A DNA stretch of 63,884 bases, counting the filler, from Peribolospora baueri (taxonomy: Eukaryota), in assembly GCA_029717555.1 (NCBI GenBank). It is 11 parts of 11 records of this genome, joined end to end, with 100 filler letters (N's around TTAATTAATTAA, not from the genome) between each part and the next. Parts side by side here need not be neighbours in the genome. Positions count along the whole stretch, not along the records: positions 55,790 to 61,158 come from JAMDHS010000200.1; positions 61,259 to 63,884 come from JAMDHS010000222.1; 9 more parts are not named here. The stretch is one strand, 5' to 3'. The notes beneath the pieces are model-generated. The model made no database searches. It was not told the DNA's origin and saw only the letters and a program-made list of their open reading frames with translations. The first letter of the stretch is position 1. Every line of letters begins with the position of its first letter. Both the position numbers and the translations under genes were made by a program. Of the stretch, positions 57,463 through 63,884 are shown in pieces.

Positions 57463-57872
57463 TATCTTTTTGCCTTTTTTATTTTATTTTTTTTATTTTT
57501 TTTATATTTTTGCTAACTTTTCACGCAAATTTTGTTTTGGGTTGTCTTTTCACTTACAAGTTCTTTTTTTGCATTTTTTTTCTCCCAACTTCGTTCTCCC
57601 TTTTCCATTCTACATTATCTCTTCTCCTTCCGCTATTTTTGTTTTATTTTTTGCCGCAGACCCGCGACGTCAAAAGGTGTGTAGGAGCTTCGTGTGACCG
57701 CAGCAGATTGAGCATACCTACCGCAGCGTGCAAGAGATGGTCGGCGAGTGATCTCGCACGCGTGCTCTTGATGCTGCCCAGCCAGAGGGAAAAAGACCTG
57801 GTCGTTCTTCCACCCACGCGAGTGATTGCAAACCCATCCCATCCCCCGCGCTTCAAGACAGCGACAAAAGAG

Positions 57873-59015
57873 ATGAGGTGGGTAGTCGTAGTCGTCGTCG
57901 TCGTCGTCGTATCAAGGTGGACGACAGGACAGAGACGACCTGCGGCGACGCCGACTACGGGCTCCTTCGCTCACCTCACCTTTGCCTTTCAATCCGCGCC
58001 AACAGCAAGGTCCAAGTTTCCAGCGTCCGACAGACCCTCCGCGACGTGCTCTCTGAGTCGCAGGAGAAGAGGCGCAACTACGTTGAGACCGTCGAGCTCC
58101 AGATCGGCCTCAAGAACTATGACCCTCAGCGTGACAAGCGTTTCTCCGGCACCGTCAAGTGAGTCTCGTCGGCCCGGGGAAAACGTGTGGACGGAGGAAT
58201 GGTAGAGGACAGGCGGAGGGAAGCGACTCGGGAGGATACGAGGCGGACACTCATCATTCTCTCTCGTTCTCCATCTCTCGCCTCGGCCGACAGGCTCCCC
58301 CACGTTCCCCGACCGCGCATGACCATTTGCATTCTTGGTGACGCCGCCGACATCGACCGTGCTAAGCAGATGGAGATTGAGTACATGTCCGTCGACGACC
58401 TCAAGAAGCTCAACAAGAACAAGAAGGTGCGCAGAGCGGATGGCGGAACGTAGTCTGGCCGAATGCGGTCCATAAGCGTGGATGTCGGTGTTGACTTGGG
58501 ACCTTTTTCGTGCTGAATCTTTCGCTTTGGTTTTTTTGCGCGCCGCTGCATCCCTCCTTTTCGACACACAGCTCGTGAAGAAGCTCGCCAAGAAGTACGA
58601 CGCCTTCTTGGCTTCCGAGGCTCTGATCAAGCAGATCCCCCGTCTTCTCGGTCCCGGTCTCTCCAAGGGTGAGTCGACTCTCGCTCAGCGCATCAAAGTC
58701 GTCCGACGGCCGTCCTGACGGCATATGAGCCGCGCCTTTCTCCCTTGCACAGCCGGCAAATTCCCCACTCCGCTTTCCCACTCGGACTCGATGGACGTGA
58801 AGGTGAACGAGCTCAAGTCGACGATCAAGTTCCAGCTCAAGAAGGTGCTCTGCCTTGGCGTCGCCATCGGCCACGTCCAGATGACCGAGGACGAGCTCCT
58901 CACCAACGTCATGCTGGCCATCAACTTCCTCGTCTCCTTGCTGAAGAAGAACTGGCAGAACGTCAAGTCGCTCCACGTCAAGTCCACCATGGGCAAGCCC
59001 AAGCGCCTCTACTAA
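57873..59015 (+). CDS. RPL1: 60S ribosomal protein uL1 (L1/L10A), multi-exon
   Basis: ATGAG first exon; [73 protein letters not shown]. Confidence 0.98.
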
Positions 59016-59764
59016 AAATTTGAACGCCTTTCCACTCGTCCAACTTTCAGAGTCGACTACCCCTGCTCTCTCCGGCCAGGTCACGGCACTGGGCGCTTTC
59101 CTCTGGGGACCAGCGCCGTCCCTCTATGACGCCCCATGCTTTCTCTCCCTATGCCTGCGTGTCCTGTCCCGAGGTGTGCTCAGGGGTGTCTTTGTAGATT
59201 ATATCGACCACAATCTCAACGACGAGGCACGCCACTAATTCTTTTTGGGAGACGTGGGATGAGAATGATGAGGTGACGATCACATGTCCATTGCATCCGA
59301 GTCGATTCGATCGGCAGGAAGGTGGGAGAGAGAGAGAGAGAAGACCACGGTGACGGTGAAGGAGAGAGGGAAGAAGAGGAGAGAGCCATTTGAAAAAGGA
59401 GTGTACATGGATGGACTTTGGGACTGCCTGGCTGAGCAAACTACGTAGGTCGGAGATGATGATGATACCAAAAGACACGAAGACAAAAAAGAAAGAAAAG
59501 CCACCACTGCTCAGGATCTAGTGTCGAGAAAAGGAAAAAGAAAGAGGGGGGCTGGGGAGGCCGAATGAAAAGCGAAGTAAAGAAAGAAGACCGAGGAGGA
59601 CCGAAAGGAGGAGGGAGGCTGACTGAATGGAAAGAAATTGTCCGTTGGTTTCGATTGGGTTGGTGTTGGGATTGAAAGGGAGGATACGGCGTCGGGGAAG
59701 AAGAGGGATGGTTGGATGGATGGATGGATGGTCGGTCGGTCGGTCGGGCTCATGAACAGCCGGT

Positions 59765-61158
59765 TCATCCTGTCCCGGCCCCGGAGAGCGTGCGGTCGAT
59801 GGCCGCGTTGAGGAACGCCGTGCGAGCGGACAGGTCGGCTCGCGGGAAGCGGGCCATGACGGCTTCGCGCGCCGTGCGCTTGGTGACGGCCATCAGGTTC
59901 GGCTGCGAGGCGAGGTAGAAGCGCACGGCCTCTTGGAGTTCCGCGTCGGTCGGGTTCGTCGACTCGGACGGCGTGGCGGCTGCGGCGGCGGCTGTGTTGG
60001 GCGTGGGCGTAGCCGGCGAAACCGGCATGGACAAGTGGGGCGACGCGGGGGGCATGTGCGGGCTGTACGCGAACGGGTTCATGCCCATGCTGCCCATGCT
60101 ACCCATGCCCATGCCCATTGGCATGCCCAGCGAGTACGAACTCACTGGCCTGCTGTGCATGCCGAGCATCCCGGACGGAGGCGGGCCGAGGTAAGAGGGG
60201 ACGGGTTCGTGGACTGACTCTGGCGGCGTCGGCACGGCTGGCGTGCCAGGCGCATAGGGCGACGGCGGCAGGTGGAGGGTGGACGAGAAGACGCCTGCGC
60301 CACCCGAATACGTGCTGGCCGCCCGACTGTGCAGGCCGGGCATACTGACGGAGGGCGCGGACGGGGGATAGGAGCTGCCGCCGTGGACGCTGCCGGTCGC
60401 CACCTCGTACTCGTTGAAGCGCTTGAGAGGGATCATCGAGTCGTCATACGGCTCATCCTGTCAAGGTAGATGAGAAAAAAAAAATAAGAATGGGTGAGTT
60501 CACGACATCGGACGGACGTGGGAATCCGCCGAGCCAGAGCCAGAACGCAGCCGTCACTCACGTCGGTGCCGGCGACAATCTTCCTGTTGCCCTTCTCGCC
60601 GACGACGATGCGAGTGTTACCCCACGAGAAGTCGTCAAAGTGCCAGAAGGAGTAAATGGGCAAGAAGAAGGAATAGACGGGATAGGCGATGATGTACTGC
60701 CGGAGCGCGAGAAGGACGGAGACGGACGATGTCGGCGAGTGAGCGAGCGCGCCAACGGAAGAAGGGCAGCAGGCAGCAAGACGGAGGGTCGGGAACTCAC
60801 GATGATCATCCAGCCGATGTACTGCCACTGCCTCTTGAGCAAGAAGATGATCGCTTGGAGACCGTACACGGCGGCGATCATGACGATCGATATGAGCGGG
60901 AATTGGCCCTTGCCGGTGGAAACGGTAACGATGAGGTAGACGAGGTAAACGACCGTGGCGGGCAGGATGATGGTGCCGAGCAAGTCGAGGAAGACGACGA
61001 ATCGCATCGAAAACTGGTAAAGAGAAGGAAATCCACCTCCCTATACGATCACTTTTTCTCCGTCCTCCTGCCCCAACACGCCGAGAGACCCGCCCTGACG
61101 GTCAAGCACGAACCCGCCCATCAGCACGGCAAGGTATCCAGAAGCAGCCAGGACAGAG
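59765..61158 (-). CDS. Chitin synthase class V/VII, 3' part with DEK-C domain
   Basis: [41 protein letters not shown]-terminal [22 protein letters not shown]...[14 protein letters not shown]. Confidence 0.93.
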
Positions 61159-61955
61159 NNNNNNNNNNNNNNNNNNNNNNNNNNNNNNNNNNNNNNNNNN
61201 NNTTAATTAATTAANNNNNNNNNNNNNNNNNNNNNNNNNNNNNNNNNNNNNNNNNNNNAAGGTGGAGAGGGGTTTGAGAAAAGCACAAGACGGATTTCTC
61301 GTAGCCTATGCGGGTGGTCTGGATGCGTTCAAGAACTCGGAGAATCCCTAGGCGTCGATGTCGACCAGATTCTGCCTAGCTGCGCGGCGATTCTCAAGAA
61401 TGGGAGGGCGGAGGAAGAGCGCTATGAGGCTGGTGATTGAATGAGGACCTTATTAAATGAATGGAAGTGGCAATTTCCTGAGGGCTTGGTGCCGAAGTGC
61501 GGCTGCCACACTGGCGGTCCTATTACCTTATTATTCTCCGTCTGAAGGCACCCATCAGGCGCTTCGCTTTTTTTCCCTTTTCTTTGTGGTCTCTCTCCTG
61601 TCACCTAGTATAAGAGCAGCCCCCCGAGTCCTCGTCATCATCATTTTCATATCAATTCATAACCTCCAGCTGCACTGCCTTGGGTATCAGAAGGCCCTCT
61701 GAGAAGATAACCGGAGGGACCAGAAGGGACGAGTGCGGTTCTGTTCTTGAGCGGCGTCGGGGTGAGAGGCGAAACAAAGTGACATTGCTGAAAACCGAAG
61801 AGGGAAGGGAAAGGTGCTGCGGAGGCCAAAGAAAGCAGTAGGGCAAAGCACCGCGGGCAGAGAAGAAAGATCAGCGGACGAAAGCGCCATGCAGGCTAGA
61901 GACCTGTTCGCGATTCAAGGCGGCGAGCAACGCACCGGGCACGCATACTCTTCCT

Positions 61956-62828
61956 CTATGGCGCATCCACGGCCTCCAGCATCGCTCTGATCTCCCCTAG
62001 AGACGGCCTGAGGGCAGGGTCCTCAGCAGCGCACGCGCGGAAGACGTCTCCGAAGGGGCCCTGCAGATCGAGCTTGATGAAGGGCCGAGGACCGTTGCGG
62101 TTCACCATCTCCCACAAGCACAACGAGAAGAGGTATACGTCCGACGCCTCGTTTAAGGGAAAGCCTTTGCGAGACTCCGGAATGTAAGGGGTTGGCTCCT
62201 CCAAGGGTCCCTCAAGGTCACAGAGTACGAGAGGCTCCGCGTCGAGGAGATTCTGGAGGGCCAGGTCGCCGTGACATATGCCTTGCGCATGCAGCTGTTC
62301 CAGGCTGTCCAGCACTTGAAGGCACCACGTCTTTATCTGCGTCACGGGGCGCTCGGGGCTGCCGTAAATAAGAGTAGCCATGTCCCTCGGGTAGAGAGGA
62401 AACACCAAGTCATTGTCGGCCGTCCTTCCCAGCACCTGAATGACGCCAGGGCGTCCCAACATCGCCAGCAAGTTTGTGACTTCCCGATCTCCCCTCGGGC
62501 GCTTGACGAAATGTATTCCCTCCACTGGCGACACAACGGGCAGCCGTTTCATCAGGTCGCTGCTGACGGGCCTGTAGCGTACCCTTCTGTCGTCGTCGGC
62601 TTTGTACTCCGTTCGGCGCACCTCATCGCCGTGCAGAACCAAGTTAACCTCGTATTCGGGTAGGTCCTCCTCGAAGCGTAGCACTCTGGCGGCGAGGGTG
62701 TCCGGCTTGTCGACGATGCGCACGTACCAGTTCTCGTACCATACCTCCGCTCCCCACACCGAGTAGCTCCACAAGGAGTGCTCGAAATATCTGAACTCTC
62801 TACCCGCCCTCAGGACCGCGACCGACAT
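61956..62828 (-). CDS. Intronless protein kinase-like protein
   Basis: HFVK, ICHGDLALQNLL (catalytic loop), LCDLE (DFG variant), SDVYLFSLCLWEM, DPALRPS. Confidence 0.8.
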   Translation of the reverse strand: MSVAVLRAGREFRYFEHSLWSYSVWGAEVWYENWYVRIVDKPDTLAARVLRFEEDLPEYEVNLVLHGDEVRRTEYKADDDRRVRYRPVSSDLMKRLPVVSPVEGIHFVKRPRGDREVTNLLAMLGRPGVIQVLGRTADNDLVFPLYPRDMATLIYGSPERPVTQIKTWCLQVLDSLEQLHAQGICHGDLALQNLLDAEPLVLCDLEGPLEEPTPYIPESRKGFPLNEASDVYLFSLCLWEMVNRNGPRPFIKLDLQGPFGDVFRACAAEDPALRPSLGEIRAMLEAVDAP

Positions 62829-63884
62829 CTTGGCGTGTAGGGGCGAAGTTCGAGGTGCCGAGCGGGTAAGCAGGAGGCAAAACCGCCGGCTGTGGTCGAC
62901 GTGCCAACCGCGTGAGCCTGCTTTCGAAAAGTAGCCTAAGACAGTCGGAGAGGCTCACAGGGACACCAGGAGGCCGCGGCGATGAAAAAAAGTGGCGGCA
63001 GAGCCGACAAAGAGGAGAACGATCCGTGGTGGTGGTAAGGAAATGAACTCGAGACTGAGGGCAGGTCAGGGCGAGGGCGAGGGTAATAGCGCGGTGGCGA
63101 CGCCTATTCAAACTTTATTGTTGGCTAATTTCCGCGGTGGATGACTACGTATGGCATGAGGACGATAGGATGGACAGGCAGGATGTCGCGTCGCGTCTTT
63201 GCCCGCCTTGTTGTCCTTGTGCCTTCTATTGTCAGCCCAGTTACGGAAAAGACGGAGAACAACTTCTCGTTGTCGGAAGGGCTATGATCTCGAGAGCAGG
63301 CAGGTCCCCAACTCGGACCCGAGACCAACAGTGGCGAGGCTCGTTTCAGGAAAGCGTAGCCGCACCTTCCTTCCAAACGAGCCAACCTGGACTTTTTGGG
63401 ACGCCTTGTGCTCACCTGCTGCGTTTCAGTGAGACTGGGCCTTCTCTGCACTCGTCCCAGATCTCGTTCTGCAACATGCCACCTATCTCGCCCTCCAGTT
63501 CAGCAGGTGTTTGTCCCAACCGAGTTTTGGCGTCACGGATATGCAACGATGATGCTGTGCATGGCCCGCTGAGCACATTGACGAGGGCGAAAAGGAAATC
63601 TGGTTGGCGGTCGGCGCTGAAGACATCAAAGCATTGAGACTTTCCATGATATTTCACCAGTCGAATCGTCGTTAAGGGAAAGGCTCGGCTTTCTCGTCAC
63701 AGACGACGTGGCCTTGTCACAAGCTCAACCGCAAGTTCAACGTCAAGCTCCAAGTCTTCAATCGAGCGACAATAAGCACTTACGACATCAGCTGGCCGAA
63801 TTCGGCCATTGTCACCGGGATCGAGCCGAATCAGCCCCAAGAGAGATCTCCCAAGGAGAGTATAAAGCAGCTCGGTTGTCCGAT

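Overview
This is not contiguous DNA. It is eleven unplaced contigs of a GC-rich, intron-rich basidiomycete fungus, sorted by decreasing size and joined by artificial 100-nt N44-TTAATTAATTAA-N44 linkers. Contigs: 1-7254, 7355-14338, 14439-20927, 21028-27128, 27229-33197, 33298-38897, 38998-44563, 44664-50136, 50237-55689, 55790-61158, 61259-63884. Contig 2 is mitochondrial DNA (cob group I intron and 3' exon, cox3, atp9, 11 tRNAs). The nuclear contigs carry housekeeping genes (LIG4, YPK9-type P5B ATPase, CDC73, SFI1, RPL1, class V/VII chitin synthase, tRNA-Asp), Ty3/Gypsy and Penelope-like relics, and accessory genes. The best candidate for an undescribed system is contig 4: a gene with 17 near-identical, position-specifically hypervariable TPR repeats of the TPR-CHAT type, a divergent short ORF resembling the N-terminus of a possibly gasdermin-like family, and a NACHT-WD40 NLR. 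It looks like a decaying fungal innate-immunity/cell-death cluster, but the CHAT domain is off-contig and the gasdermin link is unverified inference. Other highlights: an Aspergillus-like cyanamide hydratase between LTR relics (possible HGT), an Aim32/Apd1 + adrenodoxin-type ferredoxin fusion, a Ccc1-like chromodomain/coiled-coil protein, an AP2-like tail on a mitochondrial intron ORF, and an inverted repeat element at both ends of contig 7. All calls come from reading the sequence by eye; no searches were run and exon limits are approximate unless stated.
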